Counted from the stretch's first letter, positions 8,583 through 18,922 are shown. The stretch is 64,000 nucleotides of DNA from an uncultured Candidatus Saccharibacteria bacterium (GCA_964383705.1 CAYLHJ010000002.1:1635-65634), one strand, 5' to 3'. The notes: a model not told the origin generated them from the letters alone. Made by a program: numbers and translations.

Positions 8583-10103
8583 ATGTTTGAAGTAAAGCAA
8601 ATATTTGAATTAATGGAGTCCCCTAGTACCGAAGAAAAGGCGCTTATACAGAGCGCTCACAACTTCGCAAAAAATGCACATAAAGATCATTTGAGATATT
8701 CCGGAGAACCATACTTTACTCACCTACATGAGACAGCAAAAATTTTGGCCCAGTATGGCATGCGAGCAACGACCATTGCGGCGGGCCTTCTTCACGACAC
8801 CATAGAAGACGTCGGGATAAAACCAGAAACAATAGAAAAAGAATTTGGGCCTGAAATACTTTTTCTGGTTGATGGAGTGACAAAACTCGGAAGCTTAAGA
8901 TATCGCGGGGCGGACAGGCACAATGAAAGCTTGCGCAAATTATTTGTAGCAATGTCTCAAGACATTCGTGTATTAATGATAAAACTCGCCGACAGATTAC
9001 ATAATATGCGCACACTTTCCCACGCACCGGAAGAAAAAAGGGGTCGCATTGCCCGAGAAACACTAGAAATTTACGCCCCGATAGCATACAGATTGGGTAT
9101 CAGAAAACTTTCTCGCGAACTTGAGGATCTAGCCTTCCCCTTTGTTTACCCAAGAGAATGGAGTGATGTGCAAGGAGTAATAAAACAAAGGCATGATGAA
9201 AATGTTAATAGCTTGGAGAAATTCCTAAAATCAGTCAAAAAGGCGCTGGCTAAAGAAGGCATAACTAATGTCCGCACAGAATATCGCGTTAAAGGACTTT
9301 ATAGTTTGTATAGAAAGATGCAAACAAAGAAAAAACAAGCTGAAGAAATTCATGATGTTTTGGCTCTTCGAATTATTGTTAAAGAACAAAATGATTGCTA
9401 TAAGGTTCTCGGAATCATACACGGAACCTGGCGGCCGCTTCCTGGGAAAATCAAAGATTATATTGCATTTCCAAAACCAAATGGCTACCAAGCCCTTCAT
9501 ACAACCGTATTCACCGGCGATGGAAGCCTTGTTGAAGTTCAAATCAAAACAGAAGAAATGTATAAGCACTCAGAATACGGTATTGCTTCCCATATTTCCT
9601 ATAAAGATGGTAATAAAAAAGAAATACCGCAAAGCCTTGTCTGGATAGAACACTTACTGCCCAAAAAACCTTATGAAATGGAAGATAAAACACAACACAT
9701 AACCACAAAAGATGTCCCACGTTGGATACAAGAGCTAGTGAAACATCAGGCACTAGAAGGAGATCATGAAAAATTTCAAGAAGGCTTAAAAAGCGACTTC
9801 TTTGAGCACCGTATTTTTGTCTTCACGCCTCTTGGGGATGTGGTCGACTTGCCTACCCACTCAACACCGGTTGATTACGCATATTCAATACATTCAGATA
9901 TTGGCGATCACATGTCGGGAGCAAAAGTAAATGGAAAGCTCGTCTCCCTTGATACAGAACTCCATAATGGAGATATTGTAGATATCATAACTAAGCCGAG
10001 CTCAAAACCAAATATAAAATGGCTTGAACATGCTCAGACAACTATGGCGCGCCATCACATTCGTTCAGCAATACAAAAACAAAGAAAAAAAGAAATCAAA
10101 TAG
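8583..10103 (+). CDS. rel: compact RelA/SpoT-family (p)ppGpp synthetase/hydrolase (HD, synthetase and TGS domains, no ACT/CC tail)
   Basis: HD motif HLHETAKIL...LLHDTIED. RelA/SpoT synthetase region (LALRIIV..YKVLGIIHGTWRPLPGKIKDYIAFPKPNGYQALHTTV). TGS (IFVFTPLGDVVDLP..GDIVDIIT). 506 aa. Confidence 0.9.
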   Translation: MFEVKQIFELMESPSTEEKALIQSAHNFAKNAHKDHLRYSGEPYFTHLHETAKILAQYGMRATTIAAGLLHDTIEDVGIKPETIEKEFGPEILFLVDGVTKLGSLRYRGADRHNESLRKLFVAMSQDIRVLMIKLADRLHNMRTLSHAPEEKRGRIARETLEIYAPIAYRLGIRKLSRELEDLAFPFVYPREWSDVQGVIKQRHDENVNSLEKFLKSVKKALAKEGITNVRTEYRVKGLYSLYRKMQTKKKQAEEIHDVLALRIIVKEQNDCYKVLGIIHGTWRPLPGKIKDYIAFPKPNGYQALHTTVFTGDGSLVEVQIKTEEMYKHSEYGIASHISYKDGNKKEIPQSLVWIEHLLPKKPYEMEDKTQHITTKDVPRWIQELVKHQALEGDHEKFQEGLKSDFFEHRIFVFTPLGDVVDLPTHSTPVDYAYSIHSDIGDHMSGAKVNGKLVSLDTELHNGDIVDIITKPSSKPNIKWLEHAQTTMARHHIRSAIQKQRKKEIK

Positions 10104-11076
10104 AGAAATTTTTTACAGAATAAATATCTTCAGCTTGTTTTTCTTCGGCAGATCTATCATCAATCAAGGGAGCTTTATCGGTATTACTCTCAGCGTTTTC
10201 TAAGACTTCGGATTCATGCCTATTGAGCGCTTCATTTGGATCTTTCGTCACATTAGTTTGAATGATATCTAAAAGACTTCGAAGGTCATCATTTGAAAAA
10301 AAATCAATCATAATCTTACCGCCAACATCTCGACGTTCGATTTGAACCCTAGTACCAAGGGCCTCTCGAAGTTTTTCTTCGAGATCGACCGTTTCTGGAT
10401 CAATTATATTTTCTTTTTTGCGAACCTTATCAAATGCGATGCGACGAGCAATGGCCTCCGCTTCACGCACAGTAAGTTTTTTAAAAATAACTTCTTTAAA
10501 TAGAACAAGTTGTTCATCAGGGCGATCACAAAGCATCATAAGAGGTCTCGCATGACCTTCAGAAATTTTGCCAAAAGATAATGCTTCAAGAATTTCAGGT
10601 GGCAAAGTAAGGAGACGCAATGTGTTTGAAACATACTCTCGACTTTTACCAACCTTTTGAGCAATGACATGGTGCTTAAAACCAAATTCTTTAACAAGGC
10701 GCTCGAATGCGCGAGCGCGATCAACGGCATTTAAATCCTCTCTCTGGATATTTTCAATAATCGCAAGCTCAAGTTTCATCAAGTCGGTGTCATCCCCCGT
10801 CTTTATGAGGACTGGAACTTGGAGAAGGCCAGCCAATTTTGAAGCGCGTAAACGACGCTCACCGGCAATAAGTTCATAATGAACACCAATACCACCTTCT
10901 GGTTTTTCATATTCTTTTCTAGTTACAACAAGGGCCTGAAGAACTCCGTATTGGCGAATTGAATCTGCTAAGCTTTGAAGTTCAGCTTGGTTAAATTCTC
11001 GACGAGGCTGAAAGGGGTTGGGCTCAATTTTGTCTACATCAATCCAAAAAACTGAGTCATTATAAAACTGTGTCAT
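10096..11076 (-). CDS. parB: chromosome partitioning protein ParB/Spo0J
   Basis: ParB N-terminal box (IEPNPFQPRREF, GERRLRASKLAG) and an HTH region. Confidence 0.9.
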   Translation of the reverse strand: MTQFYNDSVFWIDVDKIEPNPFQPRREFNQAELQSLADSIRQYGVLQALVVTRKEYEKPEGGIGVHYELIAGERRLRASKLAGLLQVPVLIKTGDDTDLMKLELAIIENIQREDLNAVDRARAFERLVKEFGFKHHVIAQKVGKSREYVSNTLRLLTLPPEILEALSFGKISEGHARPLMMLCDRPDEQLVLFKEVIFKKLTVREAEAIARRIAFDKVRKKENIIDPETVDLEEKLREALGTRVQIERRDVGGKIMIDFFSNDDLRSLLDIIQTNVTKDPNEALNRHESEVLENAESNTDKAPLIDDRSAEEKQAEDIYSVKNFSI

Positions 11077-11164
11077 AATGAAATTCTAACATATTCAATT
11101 TACGCTTTCAGCTAAATTGTAAAAGAGTTGTTTTTATTGTAACTTACAGTGGAGTTTGAAAATT

Positions 11165-11248
11165 GCCGGAGTGGTGGAATGGCAGACACGCACGACTCAA
11201 AATCGTGTATCGCAAGATGTGAGGGTTCAAGTCCCTCCTCCGGCACCA
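11165..11248 (+). tRNA. tRNA-Leu (anticodon CAA), CCA encoded
   Basis: Acceptor gccggag/ctccggc. Anticodon loop cuCAAaa. Long variable arm. T-arm ggttcaagtcc. Confidence 0.85.
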
Positions 11249-11335
11249 GTAAATTTAAATTCATTTGAATTTGACAAATCTATATATTATGATATTGTGG
11301 AGCTAGAATAGTTATTCAAAAACCCAAACCGCAAG

Positions 11336-11767
11336 GTGGCCATGTCGACACATCACAAACGACGCAGCCAATTTGCGTCAGTCGTGGTCCCAATCACAAT
11401 GGACCGAAGGGTCATCGTAGTCCGTGACCCTAAGGGTCGTCCCCCTCTCTGGAAATTCCCCGGAGGACATCAAGAATTTGGGGAAACCGCAGAGGAATGC
11501 GGAGTGCGTGAGCTCAAAGAAGAAACCGGGGCAACAACAGAAGTGAGTAACCTCAAGCACATCATCTCGCAAGAGAAAGGTGCCCATACTCGCCGGTTCT
11601 TCCTCGCAGAGGGCGTCTGCACAGAAAACCTCAAGGTAATCGGTGACGGAAATCTCGAGGTGAAAATCGCCCTTCCGCATGAGATTCTCGAGATGTCAGA
11701 TTTCGTCTTCGACCACCTGGCCGCAGCGAGAAACATTCTCGATGAGATTCGATTTGGGATTCTGTAA
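11336..11767 (+). CDS. NUDIX hydrolase (GC-rich gene)
   Basis: Nudix box GGHQEFGETAEECGVRELKEETG. Hand-counted GC is about 55-60%, against about 35% in flanking genes. Sits just downstream of tRNA-Leu. Confidence 0.8.
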   Translation: MAMSTHHKRRSQFASVVVPITMDRRVIVVRDPKGRPPLWKFPGGHQEFGETAEECGVRELKEETGATTEVSNLKHIISQEKGAHTRRFFLAEGVCTENLKVIGDGNLEVKIALPHEILEMSDFVFDHLAAARNILDEIRFGIL

Positions 11768-11807
11768 CCTGGGCAAGATTGGGCGCTAGAGAAATCTGGC
11801 GCCCTTT

Positions 11808-12605
11808 TTGATTTATAGCCATTTTTTATATAAAAACTTGATTTTTTATATAATATATGGTATTATTGAGGAGATGAAAGAATATGCAAAAAAACTAAAA
11901 AGATTGCTCTCGGCGCATAAGAAAGTTTATGTGCTGGCGTTTATTGGTATCATTCTTATACCAAGCTCATTTGTTATTGCTGAAATAAAGAATGATTCTA
12001 CTCCCTACCCGCCAAATCTTTACTCCCAGTGTTTTGATGGTAAAGACAATGATAATGATGGAACAATTGACCTAAAAGACATAGATTGTCCGAAATGTTT
12101 TGATGGAATTGATAATGATTTAGATGGACTTATAGATATAGAAGACCCAGACTGTCCAAAAGCAGAACAAGCAAATAAAGGAGTTTTTAAGGCCGCAGCC
12201 GCAGCTCTCTTATTTGGTGATGCTTCAAAAACCGAAAGACTAGATAATGTAATAGATCTAAATTCTATTCAGGTAATTAATCCAGTTCGCCTTTCCCCTG
12301 CAGAAAGAACTGCTGTTGAGGGTACTGGATGTCTACAAATCATTGTTTACAGAAAGACAATCAGAACTCAGAGCGGAGGAAAACATGAATATGTATTCAA
12401 ATGTGATAATAGATTACCTCGAGGTGAAAAGCTTGATGACATCAAAGAACTTGGTGTAAAAGATTTACCGGGACCAAGACATACAACACCCAAAGACACA
12501 CCTGATACTGTAGACCTACCACCCCCAGTTACTACAAATACTGAAAAGGTTAAATCAGAAAAGTTACCACCACCAATCCTTTTGCCAAAGCCAGAAAAAG
12601 TGTAA
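11808..12605 (+). CDS. membrane-anchored/secreted protein with two MopE-like Cys/Asp-rich (putative metal-binding) repeats
   Basis: One N-terminal hydrophobic helix. Tandem CFDGxDNDxDGxIDxxDxDCPK motifs. Pro/Thr-rich C-terminus. The true start is probably the MKEYAKK methionine at 11874. Confidence 0.6.
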   Translation: MIYSHFLYKNLIFYIIYGIIEEMKEYAKKLKRLLSAHKKVYVLAFIGIILIPSSFVIAEIKNDSTPYPPNLYSQCFDGKDNDNDGTIDLKDIDCPKCFDGIDNDLDGLIDIEDPDCPKAEQANKGVFKAAAAALLFGDASKTERLDNVIDLNSIQVINPVRLSPAERTAVEGTGCLQIIVYRKTIRTQSGGKHEYVFKCDNRLPRGEKLDDIKELGVKDLPGPRHTTPKDTPDTVDLPPPVTTNTEKVKSEKLPPPILLPKPEKV

Positions 12606-12642
12606 TATTCGAGGATAATCTTGCACGTGTTCCCATATTGTT

Positions 12643-13548
12643 ATGAAAAAAAAGATGGTCATTGCTGTTATTGGACCAACTGCAACTGGGAAAAGTGCCT
12701 TAGCAGTAAAAATTTCGAAGAAAATTAATGGGGAGATAATATCTGCGGACTCAAGACAGGTATACAGGGACCTCACAATCGGATCAGGAAAAATCACTAA
12801 GAAAGAGATGCGCGGTATACCCCATCATCTTATTGATGTTGCTAGTCCAAAAAAGATTTTTACAGTTTCCGACTTCCAATCAAGCGCGCTAAAGAAGATA
12901 GAAGAAATACACTCAAGAAATAAAATTCCTGTAATTTGTGGAGGAAGCGGTCTTTATATTGATTCGATTGTTTATGAAAGCAAATTTCCAGAAGTTCCAC
13001 CAAATAGAAAACTGCGAAAAGACCTACAGAAAAAATCGGCAGAAGAGCTTTTAGAAAAACTTAAGAAAATTGATCCAGAGAGGGCCGATAAAATCGATCC
13101 ACACAATAAAGTAAGAATTGTCCGCGCTCTTGAAATTGCTGAAAGGTTAGGAAAAGTTCCTCCTCTTCAAGCAAATAAATTGAAATATAAAACTCTTTTT
13201 ATAGGACTTAAATTAGAAAAAGATGAGCAAAGAATTGCAATAGCCAAAAGACTCAAAAAAAGGATTTCTGCTGGGCTTATCGCTGAAGCAAAAAAATTAA
13301 CAAAAGAAGGTCTCTCCTATAAAAGGATGAATGAATTGGGGCTAGAATACAGATACCTTGCAGAATATCTACAGAACAAAATAACGAAAGAGAAAATGGT
13401 TTCTCAACTTGAGAATGCCATTTTCCAATTCAGTAAAAGACAGATGACTTGGTTTAAAAGAAATAAAAAGATATTTTGGCTTAATCCAAATAAAAAAGGA
13501 GACTACAAAAAAGCGCTGGGTTTATCTAAAAAATTCCTAAAAAGTTAG
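12643..13548 (+). CDS. miaA: tRNA dimethylallyltransferase
   Basis: P-loop VIAVIGPTATGKSALAV, SADSRQVYRDLTIGSGK, GIPHHLID. Confidence 0.92.
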   Translation: MKKKMVIAVIGPTATGKSALAVKISKKINGEIISADSRQVYRDLTIGSGKITKKEMRGIPHHLIDVASPKKIFTVSDFQSSALKKIEEIHSRNKIPVICGGSGLYIDSIVYESKFPEVPPNRKLRKDLQKKSAEELLEKLKKIDPERADKIDPHNKVRIVRALEIAERLGKVPPLQANKLKYKTLFIGLKLEKDEQRIAIAKRLKKRISAGLIAEAKKLTKEGLSYKRMNELGLEYRYLAEYLQNKITKEKMVSQLENAIFQFSKRQMTWFKRNKKIFWLNPNKKGDYKKALGLSKKFLKS

Positions 13549-13578
13549 ATTTGAAAGGGCAAGGAAATCTGATAACAT

Positions 13579-13649
13579 GAACTTCCATGGGAGCTTAGTT
13601 AAGTGGTATAACTGCGGTCTCCAAAACCGCTGTCGAGGGTTCGATTCCT
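13579..13649 (+). tRNA. tRNA-Trp (anticodon CCA)
   Basis: Acceptor gggagct/agctccc. Anticodon loop cuCCAaa. T-arm gagggttcgattccttc. No encoded CCA. Confidence 0.85.
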
Positions 13650-13698
13650 TCAGCTCCCGCAACTTGTAAAGTCGACAATAATCACAAGAAATAACAAA

Positions 13699-13730
13699 AT
13701 CCCCGCAATATTGCGGGGATTTTGTTATTT
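13699..13730. terminator. bidirectional rho-independent terminator
   Basis: Perfect hairpin atccccgcaatattgcggggat flanked by an A-run and a T-run. Lies between tRNA-Trp (+) and rpmG (-). Confidence 0.7.
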
Positions 13731-13880
13731 CTTTGCTTCTTTAAAAACTACTCGTTTACGAAGTTTTTTGCTGTATTTTTTTAGCTCAATTTTTCGCTCA
13801 ACTTTCCTGCGATTTTTACGAGTAAAATAGACCTCTCCGGTCTCTTTGTTTTTAAGCTGTATAAGATTATCCTGTGACAT
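13725..13880 (-). CDS. rpmG: 50S ribosomal protein L33
   Basis: L33 signature TRKNRRKVERKIELKKYSKKLRKRVVFKE. Start taken at MSQDN; the ORF-track N-terminal extension is unlikely. Confidence 0.75.
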   Translation of the reverse strand: MSQDNLIQLKNKETGEVYFTRKNRRKVERKIELKKYSKKLRKRVVFKEAKK

Positions 13881-13989
13881 AGAGCACTTAAGATACCATA
13901 AACATTTGGAAATGCAACTTTTTTTTGACAAGCATTATAAAGATAATACCTTGAAAAAGTGGGTCCAAAATACTACAATGCTTTAACTT

Positions 13990-14075
13990 GCGTCGGTGGT
14001 AGAGTGGTCAATTACAAGAGACTGTAAATCTCTCGCCTTCGGGCTACGAAGGTTCGAATCCTTCCCGGCGCACCA
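13990..14075 (+). tRNA. tRNA-Tyr (anticodon GTA), CCA encoded
   Basis: Acceptor gcgtcgg/ccggcgc (one G-U pair). Anticodon loop cuGUAaa. Long variable arm. T-arm gaaggttcgaatccttc. Confidence 0.85.
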
Positions 14076-14139
14076 AAATAAAAATTAAAACCAGCATTAT
14101 GCTGGTTTTAATTTTGGATAATTATTTTGCAATCTTATC

Positions 14140-16830
14140 CTAAGAAGTTTTCTCTCTTGATTCTAGAAGATTCTCAACCCAAAGACTTCCCTTTCTCCCT
14201 TTTTTAACTTCAAAGGTAAATTCTCCATTTTTTACATCAGCATATATTGAGCCACCTTTAAGAATGCCTTTGGAAATCATAAGAGATGCTACTGGCGTCA
14301 AAATCTTATTTTGAATCATTCGCTTTAGAGGTCGTGCGCCGTATTGAGGATTGTATCCTTCCTTAACTAAAAATTCCAAAGCATTTGGAGAGACATCGAG
14401 AACAATCTCTTTTTGGAGAAGTCTTTCTTTGACCTGCTCAACTTGGATTTTTACGATATCACGAACAGCTTCGGGTGAAAGAATATTAAATAGGATGATG
14501 TCGTCGAGACGATTCAAAAATTCTGGACGGAAACTTTCTTTTACCGCCTCCATAACCTTTACCTTTGCTTCTTCGTAGTTGTCTTTATCGGCACCTTTTT
14601 CCGCAAAACCAATTTTTTCCATCTTATCAATAAATTGCGCGCCTATATTTGAAGTGAGAATTATGACTGTGTTTTTGAAATTAACCACTCTCCCCTTAGC
14701 ATCTGTCAAACGGCCATTATCAAGCACTTGAAGAAGGATGTTAAATACTTCTGGATGAGCTTTTTCTATTTCGTCAAAAAGAATCACAGAATACGGGCGA
14801 TGACGAACCATTTCTGTAAGATTTCCGCCTTCTTCATGACCCACATATCCTGGAGGAGCACCAATGAGCTTAGAGACAGCATGACGCTCCATAAACTCGG
14901 ACATATCGATTCTTATAAGAGCTTTTTCATCATCAAAAAGAAACTCTGCCAAAGCCTTCGTAAGCTCGGTTTTCCCGACCCCAGTCGGACCCAAAAATAT
15001 AAAAGAACCAATCGGCCGATTAGGGTCAGATATTCCCGCCCTGGATCGCTTTATGGTATCGGAAATTTTCTGAACAGCTTCATCTTGACCAATAATGCGC
15101 TTTTTTAGGAAGTACTCCATTCGACCCAGACGCTCTGCTTCTTCTTCAAGCATTCGAGAAACTGGAATACCTGTCCAACGAGAGACAATGTCAGCAATAT
15201 CTTGCTCAGTAATTTCTTCTTTCAAAATCCTACGAGAACTTTGGAGTCTCTTTAAGCGCTTTGATTTTGCATCCAATTCTTTCTCTAAATTTGGTATTTT
15301 CCCATATCGTATTTCAGCGGCTGTCGATAAATCAGCTCTTATTTCCGCCGCTTCCGCTTCAAGTCTTAAAGATTCCAAATCTTTTTTAATTTTTTTAATA
15401 TCACCGACTGTTTCTTTTTCATTTTTCCACTTTAGTTCAATTTCAGAAGTTTTTTCTTTTAGATCTGCGATGTTTTGATCTATCTCTTTTACCCTAACCT
15501 TTGTCTTTGGGTTCTTTGTAGTTCCTAATTCTTTTTTAAGGGCTTCGCGCTCAATCTCCAACTTCATAATTCTTGAGTGGGTCTCCTCAAGTACTGGGGG
15601 CATATTTTCCAATGAGATTTTTAAATGCGAGGCAGATTCATCAATGAGATCAACGGCCTTATCTGGGAGAAATCTGTCAGTAATATAACGACTCGATAAA
15701 TTAACCGCAGACACTATGGCATCGTCAGTGATTCGAACACCATGATAAAGTTCATATTTTTCTTTAAGTCCACGCAAAATGGTTATTGCATCTTCTTGAG
15801 ATGGCTCATTAACAAAAACCGGTTGGAATCTGCGTGTTAAGGCCGGGTCTTTTTCAATATATTTTTGGTATTCCTTAAGTGTTGTAGCACCAATAGCACG
15901 AAGCTCGCCACGAGCAAGAGCGGGCTTTAGCATATTTGAGGCATCAAGAGAACCTTCAGCAGAGCCGGCACCAACAATGGTGTGTATCTCATCAATAAAT
16001 AAAATGACTTTGCCGTCTGATCTCTCAATTTCTTTCAAGATATTTTTTAAACGCTCTTCAAATTCTCCTCGATATTTTGTGCCCGCAATAAGGAGGCCGA
16101 GATCAAGAGAAACTAGTTCCTTATCACGAAGAGATTCTGGAACATTGCCAGACGCCATCTTTAGAGCAAGACCTTCGACAATTGCGGTCTTTCCAACTCC
16201 GGCTTCTCCGATAAGGATTGGATTGTTTTTTGTGCGTCTCGAAAGTATTTGGATAATTCGAGAAATTTCATTATCACGACCAATAACTGGGTCTAATTTA
16301 TTTTGTGATGCAAGTTTTGTAAGACTTCTCGTGTATTTTAGAAGAGATTTGAGTTTCTTTGGTTCCTTTTCCGAATGAGATTTTGTAACACGAAGTTCTT
16401 CTATAACTCGAGTAACTGTAGCTCGGTCAAGTTTAAAGCGTGCAAGTAAATCCCTGGCAGGACCAGGAACATCAATTGCTGCTAAAAATAAATGCTCAGT
16501 TGAGACAAACTCATCACTTAAGCTCTGCGCAATCTTTGCACTACCTTCAATGATCTGCGCAAGTTCGGGTGTAAGAAAAATCTGATATGAGGGGGCAATA
16601 GTAGAAGAAGATTCTGGGGCCTCAATTGATTCTAAAATAGAATCCGTAAGAAGAATTGTATCTACATCTAACTTATCTAAAATAGAAGCGACCATACTCT
16701 CCTCTTGAACAATTAAAGAAGCGAGTAGATGCATAGGGCTAACATGATTTTGTCCACGTTCTATCGCGAGCTCGTGCGCCTTGCGAATTGCCTCCTTTGC
16801 TTTAGTTGTGAATTGATTAAAGGGGTGCAT
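14140..16830 (-). CDS. clpB: chaperone ClpB (Hsp100 disaggregase)
   Basis: Clp_N repeats. Both AAA modules intact ([15 protein letters not shown] / ILFIDEIH; [19 protein letters not shown]). Long coiled-coil M-domain between them. No ClpP-binding loop noticed. Confidence 0.95.
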   Translation of the reverse strand: MHPFNQFTTKAKEAIRKAHELAIERGQNHVSPMHLLASLIVQEESMVASILDKLDVDTILLTDSILESIEAPESSSTIAPSYQIFLTPELAQIIEGSAKIAQSLSDEFVSTEHLFLAAIDVPGPARDLLARFKLDRATVTRVIEELRVTKSHSEKEPKKLKSLLKYTRSLTKLASQNKLDPVIGRDNEISRIIQILSRRTKNNPILIGEAGVGKTAIVEGLALKMASGNVPESLRDKELVSLDLGLLIAGTKYRGEFEERLKNILKEIERSDGKVILFIDEIHTIVGAGSAEGSLDASNMLKPALARGELRAIGATTLKEYQKYIEKDPALTRRFQPVFVNEPSQEDAITILRGLKEKYELYHGVRITDDAIVSAVNLSSRYITDRFLPDKAVDLIDESASHLKISLENMPPVLEETHSRIMKLEIEREALKKELGTTKNPKTKVRVKEIDQNIADLKEKTSEIELKWKNEKETVGDIKKIKKDLESLRLEAEAAEIRADLSTAAEIRYGKIPNLEKELDAKSKRLKRLQSSRRILKEEITEQDIADIVSRWTGIPVSRMLEEEAERLGRMEYFLKKRIIGQDEAVQKISDTIKRSRAGISDPNRPIGSFIFLGPTGVGKTELTKALAEFLFDDEKALIRIDMSEFMERHAVSKLIGAPPGYVGHEEGGNLTEMVRHRPYSVILFDEIEKAHPEVFNILLQVLDNGRLTDAKGRVVNFKNTVIILTSNIGAQFIDKMEKIGFAEKGADKDNYEEAKVKVMEAVKESFRPEFLNRLDDIILFNILSPEAVRDIVKIQVEQVKERLLQKEIVLDVSPNALEFLVKEGYNPQYGARPLKRMIQNKILTPVASLMISKGILKGGSIYADVKNGEFTFEVKKGRKGSLWVENLLESREKTS

Positions 16831-16898
16831 ATTAGATTTATATTATGATACTTAACATATTAAGTAAAGAAAATCAAACTCCCTTTCCGACCAAATTT

Positions 16899-17693
16899 CT
16901 ATTTTATTTGGGAAAGCTCTTGACCTATGACACTTGAAGGAACAAAAGTCTCATTCCCCAATGAAAGACTGACACGGATACCTATGATTTCTGAAGACAA
17001 ATTAATGAGGGGTGCACCAACAACACTCGGCACTGCCGTGATATCTGTTTCAATCAATGAAACAGTATTCAAAGCTGACTCTTGTAAACTTGTAATCCTA
17101 CCAATGTAAACAGTGTTCTTGCTTTCCCCATCAAGCGCAATTACTGACTGCCCTAGTTGAGGACGACCAGAACTCAAAGTTGTTACAACTTGAGGAATAA
17201 CTTGATCTTCTCTTTTATCAATCCTAAAAAAGGCAAGATTGTGTTCTGAACCCATTAAAATAAATTTTGCGGAAAACTCTTGCCCGTCTTCAAAAACGAT
17301 TGTGTATGACCCCGAAGCGCTGACATTTTCTCGTTTTGCCGAAACAACAATCCCTTCGCTTGAAACAAGAAAGCCCATACCATAAAAAGGTTTTTGCCCA
17401 TTTGCAAGTCTGTCATCCCAAATACGAACCGTGCTTTTGGTATTTTTTTCAATCGCCTCAATTACTTGATCTTCCTCTTTTACAACAACCGTCACCTCTT
17501 TCACCGTCTCAGTGTTTCCAATTTCAGGAGAAACATTTTCAATCGTTTTTTCAACAACACGATTAATTACTTGAGTCACTCCGGGAGGCGCTTCTTGAAG
17601 AAGCGTGGTGGTTATAATACCCGTAGCAATCGAAGTGACGAAGCTTACAAGAAGCGTTAAAAGAATGAGTTGATTTTTATTTAAATCATTCAT
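16899..17693 (-). CDS. membrane-anchored trypsin-like (HtrA/S1C-fold) protein, apparently lacking the catalytic His and Ser
   Basis: N-terminal TM. Aligns to the HtrA protease domain (TVRIW..GMGFLVSSEGIVVSA..IETDITAVPSVVGAPLINLSSEIIGI). The positions equivalent to the His motif (TNNHV) and the GNSGGPL serine motif are substituted (SAKRE, PSVVGAPL). Confidence 0.55.
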   Translation of the reverse strand: MNDLNKNQLILLTLLVSFVTSIATGIITTTLLQEAPPGVTQVINRVVEKTIENVSPEIGNTETVKEVTVVVKEEDQVIEAIEKNTKSTVRIWDDRLANGQKPFYGMGFLVSSEGIVVSAKRENVSASGSYTIVFEDGQEFSAKFILMGSEHNLAFFRIDKREDQVIPQVVTTLSSGRPQLGQSVIALDGESKNTVYIGRITSLQESALNTVSLIETDITAVPSVVGAPLINLSSEIIGIRVSLSLGNETFVPSSVIGQELSQIK

Positions 17694-17734
17694 ATGTAGC
17701 TATATAATACGAGAAAAAACAAGTGCAATCAATA

Positions 17735-18922
17735 TTAAGAAATAATCTTTTTTAGAATCTTCAATAAATAGACAATATCTTCTCGTCTGGTTTCCCTTCC
17801 GAGAGTAAATCGTAGCGATGATTCACTGCATTCTGGTCGGCCCAAAGACTCAACAACATATGATCGAACATTTTCACTCAAACTCCTACAAGAGCTTGAT
17901 GAAGAAACAGCAATCCCGTGCGCATCCAACTGAATGACAGCGAACTCTCCATCAATATTAGGGAAGCAGACATTAACATTATTTGGCAAACGATTTTCCA
18001 AACTTCCATTAAGTTGCGACTTTGGAAATGCTTTCTTGATTTCACTTGCTAAATAATTACGAAGTTTCATCAAACGCCTTGTTTCGGCCTCACTATCAGA
18101 CTGAACCACAGAAAGAGCCTTAGAAAAGCCAATAATTAGAGGGACATTTTCTGTGCCGGATCTCAGACCCATCTCTTGACCACCGCCAACTATTATTGGA
18201 CTAATTTCTACCCCCTTTCTAACATATAAAAGCCCAATACCTTTGGGACCATATAACTTTGAAGCATCTAGGGTCATTAGGTCGACGTGAAGTTCAGATG
18301 TCTTCAAGCTAAGATAGTTCCCCGCCTGACTCGCATCAGTATGAAAATAAGGAAAAGTTTTATTTTTTATTTTATTTTCTTTAAATAGCCTAATGGTCTT
18401 TGAAATTTCTCTTAGAGGTTGAATAGTGCCAATCTCATTATTGGCATACATTATTGTGACAAGAACAGTATTGTCTCTCAGATTTTTTTTCAAATCCGCA
18501 AGACTCACAAAACCATTTCTATCGACCGGCAAGTATGTCACTGGGTAACCCCTTTTTTCCATTTTTAAAAGCGCCTCCATAACAGCAGGATGTTCAAATG
18601 ATGAAGCAATAATGTGAGGATTTTTGACACGCCCTTCTAATGATTCAATTAGACCAAAAATTGCCAGATTATTTGACTCAGTACCGCTTGCAGTAAAGAC
18701 AATCTCATCGCTATGCGCCCTCAAAATTCTAGCGATATTTTCCCTTGCCAGCTTAATTGCATTCTTCGCAATGACTCCCTCTTTATAAAGAGCCGAAGCG
18801 TTTGAGAAATCCTTAGAAAAAAATCTGTGCATTGCTTTAAAAACCTCAGGTAAGATTGGCGTAGCTGAAGCGTAATCGAGAAAGACTCTTTTTTTGTCCC
18901 CCATGATATCTATTCTTTTCAT
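17735..18922 (-). CDS. cysteine desulfurase / class V aminotransferase (IscS/NifS/SufS family)
   Basis: PLP-fold motifs (SATPIL, SGTESNNLA, FHTDASQAGNY, LDASKLYGPKGIGLLY, LRSGTENVP). An alternative start at MGDKK is possible. Confidence 0.85.
   Translation of the reverse strand: MKRIDIMGDKKRVFLDYASATPILPEVFKAMHRFFSKDFSNASALYKEGVIAKNAIKLARENIARILRAHSDEIVFTASGTESNNLAIFGLIESLEGRVKNPHIIASSFEHPAVMEALLKMEKRGYPVTYLPVDRNGFVSLADLKKNLRDNTVLVTIMYANNEIGTIQPLREISKTIRLFKENKIKNKTFPYFHTDASQAGNYLSLKTSELHVDLMTLDASKLYGPKGIGLLYVRKGVEISPIIVGGGQEMGLRSGTENVPLIIGFSKALSVVQSDSEAETRRLMKLRNYLASEIKKAFPKSQLNGSLENRLPNNVNVCFPNIDGEFAVIQLDAHGIAVSSSSSCRSLSENVRSYVVESLGRPECSESSLRFTLGRETRREDIVYLLKILKKIIS

Noticed and set aside
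11249-11335. Possible sigma70-like promoter (TTGACA ... TATTGT) upstream of the NUDIX gene
   Set aside because: Spacer and -10 quality are ambiguous in an AT-rich spacer. Without transcript data this is not supportable as a feature.
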